The notes under the pieces were generated by a model. The model made no database searches and was not told the DNA's origin. It saw only the letters and a list, made by a program, of their open reading frames with translations. From a virus (Duplodnaviria > Caudoviricetes), in IMG/VR virus record IMGVR_UViG_3300033182_000063, positions 1-53,714 of that record: a stretch of DNA of 53,714 nucleotides. One strand, given 5' to 3'. The first letter of the stretch is position 1, and every line of letters begins with the position of its first letter. Both the position numbers and the translations under genes were made by a program. This document shows positions 53,418-53,714 of the stretch, in pieces.

Positions 53418-53714
53418 ATGGCAACAATCACTACCCGTGTACAGGGCGACGACGCTAAAGGTTCGCCCCTTACTAATGTCGAAGTAGATAGCAACTTCAT
53501 TAATCTCAATACCAATAAGGTAGAAAAGTCCGGCGACTCAATGACCGGCAACCTGTCCTTCGGCGATAACGACAAAGCCATCTTTGGTGCAGGAAGTGAC
53601 CTACAGATTTATCACGATAGTTCTGACAGCATTATCAATGATAATGGTACAGGCTCATTAAAGTTACAAACAGGCGCAAGCACTAAATTAGAAGTCACCT
53701 CAACAGGCATTGAC
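53418..53714 (+). CDS. Tail fibre protein, 3'-truncated (not in ORF track)
   Basis: MATITTR..KGSPLTNVEVDSNFINLN..KSGDSMTGNLSFGDNDKAIFGAGSDLQIYHD; open to the window end. Confidence 0.8.
   Translation, partial: MATITTRVQGDDAKGSPLTNVEVDSNFINLNTNKVEKSGDSMTGNLSFGDNDKAIFGAGSDLQIYHDSSDSIINDNGTGSLKLQTGASTKLEVTSTGID

Larger units (their letters stand above)
1..53714. mobile_element. Temperate podovirus-like bacteriophage genome (near-complete, permuted, non-integrated form)
   Basis: Terminase/portal/capsid/tail/lysis genes, replication genes and integrase; no tape measure or sheath gene; no host genes; uninterrupted attP in the middle of the contig. Confidence 0.95.

Noticed and set aside
1-53714. 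Alternative genetic code, introns or inteins
   Set aside because: Core genes (terL, portal, capsid, polymerase, helicases) are uninterrupted and of normal length in code 11, with no intein motifs seen

Overview
A near-complete, circularly permuted genome of a temperate podovirus-like dsDNA phage, probably with a proteobacterial host. The window opens inside a gene and ends inside a tail-fibre gene, so part of the fibre region is missing. The + strand late module (43671-53714, continuing 1-20930) encodes terminase, portal, scaffold, capsid, adaptors, tail, lysis genes (3TM holin, GH108 endolysin) and ejection proteins, including a 2731-aa polyvalent protein with metallopeptidase-like, ART-like and PLxRFG parts. 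An intact attP (3' half of tRNA-Glu) and a tyrosine integrase follow. The - strand early/replication module (22415-42993) encodes a primase-helicase, SSB, excisionase-like protein, SNF2 helicase, nucleases, a family A DNA polymerase, a free-standing sigma70 region-4 protein, an AAA+/DUF2201 triad and a DenV-like glycosylase. The most notable unexplained structure is regulatory. No CI/Cro switch is recognisable, yet tandem 8-bp palindromic boxes (YGTNNACR, many containing -35-like hexamers) recur at about ten promoter or intergenic loci, and the phage encodes a near-exact copy of the RpoD -35-reading domain. Also present are an iteron-like TAGACA cluster (likely ori), a ~400-nt structured early leader and two candidate anti-Shine-Dalgarno sRNAs flanking the att/int locus. 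All family assignments are from motif recognition by eye; no database searches were run.
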